Of a DNA stretch of 64,000 nucleotides, positions 12,413-26,379 are shown one piece after another. Under the pieces are notes generated by a model. That model did no database searches, was not told where the DNA came from, and was given only the letters and a program-made list of their open reading frames with translations. The DNA is taken from positions 62,001 to 126,000 of the forward strand of contig NW_021832230.1 in NCBI RefSeq assembly GCF_006345805.1, written 5' to 3'. The DNA is from Octopus sinensis. Lineage: Eukaryota. A program made the position numbers and the translations under genes. How positions within the stretch are numbered: the first letter of the stretch is position 1; each line of letters opens with the position of its first letter.

Positions 12413-14394
12413 CAGGGGTCTCCAAACTTTTGACAACGCGGGCCGGATAGAATATATGGTAGATGACCGTGGGCCATAGTTTAAAATCAATTAGATTTAA
12501 TAATGTTCCTAATTTTTTAACTACGACTAAGAAGACAGAATAACAAAAAAAGATTTAAACATTAGCTTTTAATGAGAATGATGAAACTGACTTTTCGTTT
12601 TATATAATTTATTGTAATCAGGCGTCAAGTCTGTTGTCCCGATTATCAAAAGAAACTTTAAGTGCTCATCCGACAAGTTTGCTCGATATTTGGATTTTAC
12701 ATATTTCATTCTTGAAAATGTTTGTTCACAAAGGTATGTTGTACTAAAAGTAGATATAAATCCGCATGCGTATCGTTTCAAAATTGGAAACTGATTAGAA
12801 TTTAAATATTTATAAAATTGAATAATATTCTGTTTTTCATATTTATCTTTCAGAATATTATCTGATTGGAGTTCAATTATTTCAAGTTGAAGATAACTTG
12901 GAATAGTTTCTGCTTCGCATTGAAAAGGATTTTCAAATAACCTTCAATGAATGAAACTATCAAAAAACCTTATTTCATCGCTTCTCTTGTCAAGGTCAGA
13001 AAATCGTTCAAGAAATTGTTTCTTCAAATCCTTAATTATTTGGGTCGTTGTTAAACAAACGGCACTCAGTGTCAATTTTTCGTTTATTTTTACATAAAAT
13101 ATGCATTTTTAGACTCTAAATAAATTAATAGTTTAAGAATTTTAAATAAATGAATAGTTATAAGAGTTATAAGATTAACCGATAATTACAACGCCAAAAA
13201 CAAAGCAAAAATATAGTTATTTAATTTAATTACGTATTTGATATATTCAAAAAATATTTTTTTTTTTTTTTTTTTAATCAATATTTTCATTATTAATAAT
13301 GTCAGTTAATAAATTCAGAGAAGAGATTGATTTGAGAAATCAATTGAGGAAGCCCGCTGCCTGTATGGAAAGCGAGTTCCCTCGGAGTATGGCTATTCCG
13401 ATCCTTTGTCTTAGCCATACTCCTTCACGAGGATCATTTTTCTTTGTGGCGAGCATTCTTCCGAGTTCGCGCAAGAACTCGGCAGTCGCTGGGCCAACAG
13501 CTCCTGATGACTCAGCCGCAACAGGTGTGAATCTGTAGCGGTCCCCGAGGAGGAATATTTTTTGGTTTTAAGGTTTTCCGCGATTGAGGCAGCTGCTCCA
13601 GGTGTCTGAACCGATTTAAGGAGATTCGTGCTTGAGTAAGTATCGACGCAAGTTGCGTCCCAGACCAAAGATCGTCCGGAGTTGAAAGGAAAAGAGTCAT
13701 CCCGTCAGGTCTCTTTCCATCACCTCGATCGAGACCCACTGGTTCAAGCTGTGCTGGGAAGCCTGCAGCCTTCAGAGCTCTGACGATCACGTCGTTCAGA
13801 GCGGCGTGACGTGGTCCTCTTCCGGCGGATCTCCTGCAGGATAGCGGGTGCAATCCCTTCGCATCGACCGTTTTCCCGCAGCGGCATCGGTGCTCCTGGC
13901 AAACGTCTAGTCCAAGTCTTTGTCCGATTCCAATCCTCAAAGAATCGTCGTCCAAAAAAGTCCCGAGATTTGGGCAAGGGATTGCACCAAGCCATGCTCC
14001 GCTCCCTCCACTTGAGGCTGACACCAGGCAAGCAAGGCGATGTTGATTTGCTTCTTTTTTAAGCCCTTCTGAAATTTTGGAGCAGACAATGTTATCCCAG
14101 TTCCTTTGTTTCGTTGTGTCTTCGGGGATTTTGAGTCCTGCTGCAAGCTGCAACCATTTGACACGGCAAGTCCTTCGTCACACTATTGGACTTCGCTGGA
14201 ATGAGTCATTTGATGAAGCTTGCCGGGATTGGAACGGGTCAGGATTCAAAAAATATTAACTATTAAATAAGTAATATAAGTTTATAAATTTTCTCTCGCG
14301 TTTCAACAACAAGCGGGCCGGATGCCACAAAAAGATATTTACAACAGCCGGGCCAGATTAAATCACATGGCGGGCCTGGGTTTGGAGACCCCTG
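12413..14394 (-). mobile_element. hAT (SPIN/Buster/GTF2IRD2-like) internal-deletion derivative with TIRs and 8-bp TSD
   Basis: TIR CAGGGGTCTCCAAAC at 12413 and its reverse complement ending at 14394. TSD CTCCAAAG at 12405-12412 and 14395-14402. N-terminal KRKIDTECRLFN is fused to C-terminal ...STFSTTYLCEQTFSRMKYVKSKYRANLSDEHL. Confidence 0.93.
13259..14243 (-). mobile_element. 5'-truncated CRE-clade retrotransposon with poly(A) tail and 14-bp TSD, nested in hAT
   Basis: AWLGAIP...LRIGIGQRLG...HRCRCG...GLHPLSC...HAALND...DGKRPDGMTL / VWDATCVDT. Poly-T at 13259-13275. TSD ATTCAAAAAATATT at 13245-13258 and 14244-14257. Confidence 0.92.
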
Positions 14395-15096
14395 CTCCAA
14401 AGTAACGATAACCATCCATCCTGTCAAGCAACGAGGCTTTCTCACTCAGCCAAAGAAGATTAGATGAGACTTTTAAGCATTTCCGTTCAATCGCCAGCTT
14501 GAAAGAATTTATCAATAATTTCATATCCGTAAGATCCATAGATTAAAAATACTTTAAAAAAAAGAAGTCTATCACGACCAGGAAGTACATTTTTAAGGTA
14601 AACACTTTCAATAAATATCCTCTTTTGTTTATCTTCTTCCACAGTGAACACATGCAAAAGAATTCCACTTGTTTTGAAAAAATATCTGATCTGGCAAAGA
14701 GTCTATTAGTCGGAATAATGATGTAGTTCTTATAAAATTTGGTTTCTCCTTCAGCAAATTAAATGGAATAATTTGATAACTCAGATAGGTTATAATTTCT
14801 TGCTTTTGGAACAGAGAAAATAGACCCTCTTTGGAAGGACGACACAGAAAATTGCATAAATCATTTTATTTTATACTGAAAATAGTTAGAAAATAAACCT
14901 ATGAAAAAACCGTTATGGGCTAAAAGTTATTATTAAAAAATTAAGTTAGTTGTTTCTACTCAGCGTAATGTTCGGTGGACAAAATCGAAAAAACTGCCTA
15001 AATAAATAATGTATTATTTCTGAGCGCTTCGCTGTAGGCGCGTGATAATCAAAAAAATCAATATCGTGCGAAAGCATTCATCTTAATTAATATGTC

Positions 15097-15124
15097 GCGA
15101 GCGCAGCGCGCGACCGAGCGCTAG
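15097..15124 (+). repeat. Helitron-like 3' terminal motif (GC-rich hairpin plus CTAG)
   Basis: GCGAGCGCAGCGCGCGACCGAGCGCTAG resembles the GCGAGCGTAGCGAGC...CTAG end at 18038-18105. It is followed by A rather than the canonical T. Confidence 0.4.
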
Positions 15125-15437
15125 ACGCGAATTTGAACCAACAAGCCTATCATCAACAAATATATTTATTAATTATTTAAAATTTTAACATGATTTAAAT
15201 AAAAAATTGAAATAACTTAGTTTTCCATTGAATCCCATAAAATAATTTATAAGTAGACCTAATAGAAAAAGTAAAATCAATGAATACTGAACGCTAATTT
15301 GGTTTAGGTTGTGAGGGGGGTAATAATTTGACAGATCTCATGCTATTTTTCGTTTTAATCTCTAAAATTAGGTCTTCTAATCAAAATGAACTGTGCAGAC
15401 AGGCTTGCTCCTTCAGAAGATTTGTTTGACATTTTAT

Positions 15438-15440
<3 letters not shown>

Positions 15441-15476
<36 letters not shown>
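15441..15476. repeat. Poly(T) tract, about 36 nt
   Basis: Uninterrupted T run; possibly a retroposon poly(A) tail on the minus strand, but no source element was identified. Confidence 0.85.
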
Positions 15477-15480
<4 letters not shown>

Positions 15481-15694
15481 ACTTTTTAAAAATTATGAAG
15501 CATTTAGATTTTTCTCATTATTCTAAAATATCAATATATTTTAAAATATTATTTTTATTTATGAAATCGGTTAAAGCTCATTCTGCTTTGGCATCGATTT
15601 TAATTTTTGTTATCGAATATATTTAATCCCAAATACAAGCCTGGGTATTTGTCAATTTATAGATTTTTTGATTGATCGGATCTAGAAATTGAGT

Positions 15695-15779
15695 GGTCGC
15701 TCGCTGCGCTCGGTCGCTCGCTGCGCTCGGTCGCTCGCTGCGCTCGGTCGCTCGCTGCGCTCGGTCGCTCGCTGCGCTC
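15695..15779. repeat. 17-bp tandem repeat x5 (GGTCGCTCGCTGCGCTC)
   Basis: Five perfect copies counted directly. Confidence 0.95.
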
Positions 15780-15786
15780 GCGCATA

Positions 15787-18105
15787 AATAAAATGGTATG
15801 GTGGTGTCTGTCTTATGTGTTCTCGTCTGTCTGTGTGGCACACCAACTTCAAATTGTACAAACCAGATCAAATGTCAAAACCTTCCCTTTTGTAGTATCG
15901 ATAATGAGGCAAACAATAAAAGGTTGATCCTCTAAGAACCTTCTGTCAAAAAATTGTAATAAGAAGAAATCCTCGATGATGAGGTCCCCCAAAACCTTCA
16001 AGTCAATTTTCTGCGTTTTTGTTAAAATGAATAACAAGAAAGTCCTCGACTCACTGATGTGGTCCCCCAAAACCTTCAAGCCAAAAAATTAAAAAAATTA
16101 TTTTTGCGTTTTTGTTAAAATGAACACAAGAAAGTCCTCGACTCACATGATGTGGTCCCCCAAAACCTTCAAGCCAAAAAATTAAAAAAATTATTTTCTG
16201 CGTTTTTGTTAAAATGAACAACAAGAAAGTCCTCGACTCACATGATGTGGTCCCCCAAAACCTTCAAGCTAAAAAATTAAAAAAATTATTTTCTGCGTTT
16301 TTGTTAAAATGAACAACAAGAAAGTCCTCGACTCACATGATGTGGTCCCCCAAAACCTTCAAGCCAAAAAATTAAAAAAATATTTCTGCGTTTTTGTTAA
16401 AATGAACGACAAGAAAGTCCTCGACTCACATGATGAGGTCCTCCACAACCTTCAAGCCTCGTGAGGCCATTAATTAGCTTAGCTATCTTTTTTCGATGAC
16501 ATAAATTCTTTTTTGTTAAATTTTCGTTAAAAAATAAAATAAAAGCTCTAATTGTTATCGACCATGAATAGACTGTGCAATTATCAGATTTTGAAAACCA
16601 CTAAAAAGGAAAAAGCAAAAATTATTAGAGATTTACATAATTGATTCTTTTTAACTGCCGAAACTGACAAATTCGATTATGCTACTGTTTAGATTTCTTA
16701 AAAGATAGAGGCAAATAAATTTAAATTAGTCATGTAAATTTCAATTTGCCTATATTTAAATCTCCTTGATTTAACAGGCTTTAATTTTTTTCCTTATAAT
16801 ACTACAAAGATGAAGCTGATTATCATTTTCTTTACCGAAACAGACAAGTTCGATTATGCTAAAGTTTCAATTCCTTTAAACATAGAGGCAATTAAGTATA
16901 ATGGCTTTGATTGGATAATACACTTTACATAAATTTCACTAAATAAATTTACGTAGAAAATTTAATATAAATTACTGATTCGCGTTTACAAAATCATAAG
17001 AATGTCCTATAAAGAGAGATCTGAGAATGTTAACAAACAAGAGAATATGAACCATATAACAAAAAAAGAGAAACGAGGGAAGATGTGCTTAAATGGTGAG
17101 GGAACTTAGACAACAGCTGAACAAGGTCAGGACTGCTGTTAGACTCAACTACGGTAATAGAATTATGCATTCTAGGTTAATTGTTTGGGATGAATGTACG
17201 ATGGCTCATAAAGGCGCATTCAAGCAGTTGACCGAACATATAGAGATATCAAGAATTGTAGCGACCATTTGTTTGGGGGAGCATTAGTTGTATTGGCAGG
17301 TGATTTTAGACAGACGCTGCCAATTATTCAAAGAGGGACGCCTGCGGATGAATTGAATGCCTGCCTCAAATCGTCATATTTGTGGACACACGTGAAAAAG
17401 GTAAGCTTAGATGTAAATGTACATGCACATTTACAAGGCGTTAATAGCATATTCCCACAAATCCTTCTAGATATTGGAAATGGGGCAATCACTTCAGAAA
17501 TGCACGACCAGAAAATTAGGCTACCGGAAGAATTATGTATTTTCGTAGAAACAGCAGAAGAATTATTGAATGCCGTCTATTCCGAACTATCTGAACACTA
17601 CGTGAATTTCGACTGGCTGCGTGAACGAGCTATATTAGCTCCACTTAATGATGAGGTACTTAATATAAATTTAGATTTATTAATGAAAATCCCTGGCAGA
17701 GAAAGAATATATAAATCGGTCGACGTTATTATGGACCATGAAAGGGCCTGCGATAGATTAAGAGACTACAATTTCCGCTGAAGATAAGTTTTGCTATGAC
17801 AATAAACAAGGCCCAGGGACAGTCTTTAAAGGTAGTAGGCTTATTTTTAGAGAACGAGTGCTTTTCACATGGCCAGCTGTATGTGGGGTGCTCAAGGGTA
17901 GGTAGAAGAGAAATTTATTATATTTGCCAAGGATGGACGGACTGCAAACATCGTTTATCCACAGGCCTTAGAATAAGGTTATATCAAAGCAGGTCGCATT
18001 TATATATCTACATAAATTTATAGTTATTTAAGGAAACTGCGAGCGTAGCGAGCAGGGCCTCCGCAGGAGCTAGCTCGCAGTGAGCGAAGCGAACTGCTGA
18101 GCTAG
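15787..18105 (+). mobile_element. Helitron derivative with satellite array and Pif1 helicase remnant; 5' TC terminus missing
   Basis: The 5' region AATAAAATGGTATGG-(GTCT)n matches the copy at 50595-52398. Pif1 motifs LIVWDECTMAH, FGGALVVLAGDFRQTLP, RAILAPLN and [11 protein letters not shown]...[13 protein letters not shown] are present with frameshifts. The 3' hairpin region ends CTAG (18102-18105) followed by T. Confidence 0.88.
15960..16455 (+). repeat. 92-95-bp tandem satellite, about 5 copies plus degenerate copy
   Basis: GTCCTCGACTCACATGATGTGGTCCCCCAAAACCTT recurs at 16042, 16134, 16229, 16324 and 16417. Confidence 0.95.
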
Positions 18106-18480
18106 TCAATGATATTAATTTTATTGAAAATTTTTTATTAAATAATTTCCGCCTCAAAATTTGATAAAAAATTATAAGAACTTTAAGTAAGCATAATTAT
18201 TTGTTGAAAATATCAATTCCTTACTTTTATTTAAAAGTTTTTAGCACTGAAATCAAGTTGTTTCTATCAATAACCAGGAAACGCCTTAATACTCTGATTT
18301 TCATTAAATAATATTTAATTAGTTTTATTTTAATAAAATCTGATTATATCTAAATATTTAAATATTTAAAATTCTTGTTCAATTCTATGGTTTATTGTAA
18401 TCCTTTTCAAATATATCAACTATAATTTGCCAATAATAATTATTCTATAGATATCTTCGAAATATTAGATCAGAATTTGA

Positions 18481-19616
<1,136 letters not shown>

Positions 19617-19635
19617 TCCTTATATTACTAATATA

Positions 19636-22600
19636 TCATTTATTTATTTTTTCAGAAATGTATAAATCAGCTAAATTAGGATTAATAGATGCTGCTTTCT
19701 CCATGTCCTTCATAGCTAGGTTTTTTTGCCCTGTAATAAACAACACTTTTGCGCGGAAATAATATGCCTCAAACTTATGTGGAGCAAGTGATATTGCCTT
19801 GTTTGCAATGTTAATTGCGGAACCGTATTGCTAAGAGTTATTGATATGAATTATACTGAAAGTTCAATTAGGCACATGACAGCATATATGATGGATGTAT
19901 ATTTTGTGTCCAAGAAATATGTCGTTTTCCCTGAAAGCGAAATCGTTTTCAGTCTTTTGTAAATGTGTTTCACCCGTTCTAATGCAGCCGAGTACTGGCC
20001 AACCTTTGAAATCGTAAAAAATCATTTTACTGATAAGAAATAACGACAATCCTTCATTAGTTTGTCAAGAAGGAGTGCCAATAATTCAATCTTGGTTTTA
20101 ACTAATTCCCACGTTTTTGTTGTTATTTTACAACCATAATTAATGAGTAATAGCATAATCGGTGCTTTACTGCTTATAACAGCATAGTCAATCGGAGATA
20201 ATCCGTATGCATCAGATATATTTAAATTCAATGTGTATTGACAGAGTTTGCAAACAGTTTCCATAGGAAGATTATCAGAAATAACTGCGTAGTGAACAGC
20301 AATACGGCCTTCATTGTCTTTTATTGATGTATCAATTCCAGATTCCAAAAGGAGATCTATTGCCATTTGACGATTGTTTTCTGATGCAATATGTAACGGA
20401 GTTTTCCCAGTTTTTGAATTTTGGTTGGAAAGTTGTAAGACATTTGTAAACGATATTAGTTGAAAGATAAGTGAATCTTGAACATAACAATTTGATAATG
20501 CCAATTCTAGTGGAGAGAATCCATTAATATTTTTGACATCGACAATTTTTTCGACCTTAAGAATAAAACCTGCAAATAAGCTTGTTAAGTTGGAAAACAC
20601 GGAGGATTGTAAAATAGCAGTAAGCGCTGAAATAATTAAAAAAAATAAATACGGGTTTCGCCAGTAATTTCATCGACCCTATCTAATTGAAAATTTTCCG
20701 TCAAGTCACTTATAAAATATTCTATAATCTAAAATTTAAATTATTTAACTTTAATAATACATTATTTTGTCTCCAAACTATCGAAGAAACAAAACACGAA
20801 CGTAGTAGAATGTCAATTTCAAGTTGATTTTTACTTTTAAGAACAGTACATACCAGTATTTTAACTGCCTCTGCATGTCCGTGAATACATGCATAATGTA
20901 AAGGAGAATATCCAGAGGTATCTTTTGAAACAATCTGAGACTTAGTTAAAATAATTTAACATTTGCGTTATTTTCTAGCAATAATTCAATCACCTGACAA
21001 TTTCCATTTTCTGCTGCATAACCAAGTGCAGTAATTCCAAAATCGTCTCGCCACTCAATATTGGCGCCGAACTTGAGGCATAGTTTAACCATATGGTAGC
21101 GATCTTGTGTACAATAATAAGATAGTAATGGAATGTTTTTTTCTTTATTTATACTGATAAAATTGTTGACTTCTGCCCCAGCCATGAGCAATAGTTCACA
21201 GATCTAATGATATATCACGTTAATTAGTTTTATAGCTAACTTATCGATTAATCTACGTGAATTTTACTCTCGTTAAATCATAGATAAATTTAAAGGATAA
21301 CTTTCTTCAATATGAAACTACGGATATGTAAAAAGAATTTCCTTTAATGTGGTATAGATAAGACAAAATACATTTGTACTATGATAATTAAACTGTCTAA
21401 TTTTGCTTTTATATTAACTATATTATATTCTTGAAGAAAACAAGCAATAATAAAACTATGAAACCAACCTTTGGGTTAGGAAAATGAATAGAACGGGGAG
21501 ACATCAAAGCAGAAGTAAGTCTAAACTTCTTTAATTCTAAGTCATTCTAGATATATTGTTATTATATAAATGTAACTGTTGATTCTTTGCACTTATCTGA
21601 ATATTTTCGAGGTTTTTCTTTGTTTTTCATGCAGATCTATTTAAGATAACATAATAATTAAAAGAACCTCTTTTATAAAATTTTCATTTTGGTTCAACGC
21701 ATAATTTAAACATTTAACGTATATGTGCGTTTTGGACTGATTTTTATAAATTTTTTGTTCTTTGTAGAGATTACTTTTCAAGAGATAATGAGCTAAGGAA
21801 TAAATATCGTCACTATTGAGATTGTTTCTGATAAATCCATTTTCTCGTTTCATAAGCCAGTATGCAATTAATAAATTTCCGAACCTGATTTATATGAAGA
21901 AAATACTATTAAAACCTCAATGAAACCTCAAACAGTGTTTTGTTCGAAGAATGTGACAAAGTTTCCACAAATTTTTTGACTGACAAATTTCTAAAAGTAA
22001 TTCTTTTTTCACAGCATTCGACTAAAAATGGTTTCAAATACATTCTAATCAAATTTTGGACTTCAGACAAGGAAATTGAATGAAAATTCGATATCATTTC
22101 CCAAATTTCAACCAACTTAAAAGGTGAAATTGCAGAGTAAATAATTTCAAAAATATGAATAATCTAAATTATATATAATGATAAATCATTACAGTTTTAA
22201 TATCTCGTATTTCTAAAATTCTCGATAGTTGTTTAATTTGATTTGAAAGATCATTTTTTTGATAAACTGGATCAAGTCGAATTAAAGTAAATTTTAAATT
22301 TAAACTCGATAAATCTATTCGAGATGAAACAATAAGACGCATAGTTTTTGGAAGATTCCTGGCTATTAATAAAATACAATCAATTAATGATCGACGTCCT
22401 TGTTCATTATAAATTTCTCCCATTTCTGGAGCGTCGATTATTATAATGAATTGTTTATTGTCGAGGATCATCGCTTTTGTCGATACGTAAATCTCCAAAT
22501 TTATTTTTAATGAATTTATTAATTGTACTTCATTTTTGTAAATCATGTCTTGAGGTATTTCGAAACGGAGATCATTAAATATTTTACAGATTAATGAGTA

Positions 22601-23321
22601 CAGCTAAATTAAAATTAAGCAAATTAAATACACTGCACGTTTTATCGGAAAATGGTGAACAATAGTGAATGCAAATAGTATGTTCACTAAGAATATGAGC
22701 ATATTTCATAGCAATTTCACCAATTGGAGTTACATTATAACTCAATTCAACAGGAATTACTTCTCCAATCGCATTTTTATCAATATTATCAAGTTTCTTA
22801 TTATTTTTGGCACATTGAATCAATCTTACAAAACTAGTTTTTCCGCTCCCTTCTGGTCCTGTTAGCCACACACCGTAAGATTTTTCAGTTTTTAATAATC
22901 CCTAAAAATTACAAAGACAATATCTTTCCTCGTAAACCAATTTTAAAATGTTCCCCTGGTTAATTAAAAAATTTTCAGGTGGAATTGTATATTCTGTTGC
23001 TGTTTCTGATTGATTTACTATAAATTAAATTGAAATGAAAATGTGTGGAATAATAAACACATGATTAATATTTTCAATTATTTTAAAATAAAAATGATGA
23101 AATTTACCGTTATAATTATTTTTTGGAATTTTATAACCATCCTTGGTGTCGAAAATGTTGTTTATATTTGACTTTATAAAATTTTCTTTTAAGGGAGCTT
23201 GAAATTTCATTCGTTTTTCCATTATATTAAAAATATTATTAATTAAATTTTTCATTTCACTGTTTGATTGAATAATAACTTTTTCCATGCTATTTCTTTC
23301 GTTTCCCTCTCGTTTCAACAT
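19636..23321 (-). CDS. TANC: TANC/rolling pebbles-like protein (P-loop NTPase, ankyrin repeats, TPR)
   Basis: GPEGSGKT Walker A; HTICIHYCSPFSDKTC; FIIIIDAPE...RLIVSSR; ankyrin repeats (GKTPLHIA, GITALGYA, GLSPIDYA); LLDKLMKD followed by spliced TPR KFEAYYFRAKVL...KDMEKAASINP. Domain order matches TANC. The start is approximate. Confidence 0.82.
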
Positions 23322-24172
23322 GCCTTTTTTCTATTATATAATAATAAATTATTGATTATTGACAATAATTACTTAATGAATATATTTATCTTGAATAAGA
23401 GATACTCTAAATTTTTCCGGGTTCTCGTGAAATTATCGAGATACCAAAATAGATAATTATGTTGAAAATTTAAATAAAAATAAGATTTAATAGCCAATAA
23501 GTTTTTATTATCCTATGGCCAATTGCAGATACTAAAAACTTGACTACATATTTTATAAATTGAAATAATTGAATTTTGAAGTCGCGTCTAAAAAGAGGGA
23601 ATAAAATTAAAATAATTGATAACTACAAATTCATATATATTTATACAAGAAAGGGATAAAATCTCAAGTAAAAGAGAATTTACTTAAAGTTTTATTACTA
23701 AAAATACAAACTGATTTCACAATTAATAAAGTCAGTCTAACGTAAAACCCTTCATATACCGATCGAGAATAATAGTAATTTCCATATTATGAGCGCGTGA
23801 GTGCAGTCACGTATATATCATGCAACAAAGGATGTCAAAATTATCTCATCCTCAAATTTCCTCAACAAAGTAGTTAATTATTGATCATTTTTATAATGAG
23901 AGATGAAAAGAATTTATCTAAAATTCCATCAATAATATATGGAGAAATGTACTAACTTTTAAATAATAATTTAATATCGTACCTCTTATATTTAATTACA
24001 ATATCAAGCCACCTGAACAAGTAAGCACTATAAACAACAGCTTGAAAGTGTTATTAATGAAATATGTGCTAATAAACATCAAAGAATTTAAAATGTATCA
24101 CCGCATGACTGTGCTAAACTCAGCATTCAAACAACAGAGAAAATTTGTGAACAGGAAAAATATCACACAAAA

Positions 24173-26101
24173 CTATAAATTAAATGCCTCGGGTGCATCG
24201 TAGTCGTGGTACTCGCGCTTTTTGTAGCCATCAAAAAATATATTATTCCTTCCTCCAGCTTGTGAATTTTGTTTCCAGCTTGACTGAGAATATTCTGAAT
24301 AAGCAGTATTAAAATATTTTTAAAAAACTTTTATAGGATCTCGGATTTGGCCTGTCATTTCTTCTAGGAGAGAACATCTCATTTGATGAAAAAGATGTTT
24401 TTTTAACAGGTAAAGGAGGAAGTGGTCTATTGGCATCCATTAAGAAATTATTGAAAAAAATAGCCTATATTACTAATGATCATATAACTACATTTTCTTT
24501 AATCTTTAAAAGTTTTTCGGGATATTTACGATTAATGTGTTTGAATACATATTCCTCGCTCATAAACATTTTACTACTAAGAGTGCAAATATAACGAGAT
24601 TCATCCAATTTCTGGCAATGGTCGGAAAGAAATTTATCAATTTCCCTAGAATGAAACAATCTTGTAATACTCATTCACGTCTTTCACTCCCAATTTTGAC
24701 AAGTCTTCCTGGCTTAGACCATACTCGGGAAATGAGAATCGATTAAAATCGATATTGTCTATATAAATACGTTGATAATAGTACCCATAGACTTACACTT
24801 ACGAACGTGAAAAGTTGAGAGTGGGAAGAGATATGATTTTTCCCATTGGTACCAAATCCCTCCGTAAAAGTCGAATGAATGGACTATTCGCAAATATAAG
24901 ACCAGACTGTCCAATATCTGATTGGTTTTATATCCAATTAATATACTTTAATAAGATCCGGAATATCAAGATCGTCGATTTCATTACCTAATTTTCATAA
25001 ATATGCAATTGCTCACCTCTGCCTAAAATGGTATGTACAAATTTATCATCTTCAGAAATTTCGCCATGTAAACCCTCAAAATACTTAACAGCAGAGGTAG
25101 CTAGACGAATTTGTCTTAAAACATCTTCCACTTGACTCAATAATCCATCCACTGGTATCAAAGAGTCCATTGAAGGTCTAGATCTCATAAATCGTAATCT
25201 ATCAGGACAGTTTGTCTAATAAAGTAAAGAATTTTAGAATTATACATTTCTATCCTCTAATCGACAAGCAATATTAGTGAAACTAGTCTTTGGTTTAAAG
25301 ATTGCAAAAGCATCGACTTTCCAATTATTTTCTATTCGAGGAGCACATATAAAAGCTTGTTGAAAATCATCCATTCCTTCAAATATCTAAAATAAATTCG
25401 ATTCACTTCACATTCGATACGTCACTCTCTACCGTATTGGAAGGAAAAGATGTGAGAAACAAAAGAACCGGCTCAATAGAATAAAGCTTTTCCCCGAATA
25501 ACTCTGTTTGGTCAATTAAATCAAATCTAAGCTATAAGCACCTATATTTACAGAATATTTGACTTCTCCATCAAATCGTTATTAAGTATTATAAGAGAGA
25601 CTACTCTGAGCCATTTGAATAAATAACAACGGCTGTCCTCGTCTAATGATATGTCCAAATATTTATGATCGTGAAGCCACTTGAACACAACTTTCCTACT
25701 CTCGATATTATTTCTAGCATTTTCACTGGATTCCTCTATGTGTAATGGATGGTAGCGCCTTCGGAACCTAAACTGTGAGTATAAAACAAGAACCATTCCT
25801 CTGATTGATGTTTTTCAAAAAATTGCCGTAGATAAAGTTTATTACAATTGTTTTTGTATTGATTGTAGTAAGAGACAGCGTCTTGCTCAGTAATATCATC
25901 GTTTTGTGAATCCATGAAGAGCTTAAACGACAATACACATTTTATTGGTTGAAAATTTCTAGAAAGATCAAAATTGTAAATAAAAAACTCTTCTAGTTTT
26001 TGTCTCTTTGGTGGAAGATAACTCTGTCGGTTTCCACTACCTGCGCTATCATTGTGAGCTGGTTGTTGATCGTCATTTTGTATAGTTCTGTCAAAACCCA
26101 T
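24173..26101 (-). CDS. SRRT: Serrate RNA effector / Ars2
   Basis: LSFKLFMDSQNDDITEQDAVSYYNQYK...FFEKHQSEEWF|RRRYHP; CTLSSKMFMSEEYVFKHI; FFNNFLMDANRP; C-terminal REYHDYDAPE. Confidence 0.9.
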
Positions 26102-26379
26102 TTAATTGTAAAAAATACCAGTATCTAGAACATTACATACTTTATTGATAAATATTATAATTAAAAAATATAATATAGCCAAAAAATAAATCATATATAA
26201 CGGTATTACAACCTACACAAAGAAACAAAAAATAGTTAATATTCATGATTTATTATATACATATTTAAATATATTTAATAAAATTAATATATTTCTAAGA
26301 TTTATTATGCTAAAATAACAAATACTCAAGAGATTTTCAATAAGTTGTTAAATAGCCACAATAACATTATTTTGGAAGC

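Larger units (their letters stand above)
12190..14540 (-). mobile_element. Degenerate R4/NeSL-like RT-thumb remnant (about 12190-12412 plus 14395-14540) interrupted by the hAT element
   Basis: Removing the hAT and one TSD restores KVSSNLLWLSEKASLLDRMDGYRYFGELE...VKKRIRLL, which resembles KSASNLESLS...DGINGY...LGVLE...VKKRITML of the element at 45165-45955. Confidence 0.55.

Noticed and set aside
15960-16455. Regularly spaced repeats resembling a CRISPR array (also 51525-52315)
   Set aside because: The intervening sequence is repeated too, so there are no unique spacers. The context is eukaryotic, there are no cas genes, and the arrays are Helitron-borne satellites.
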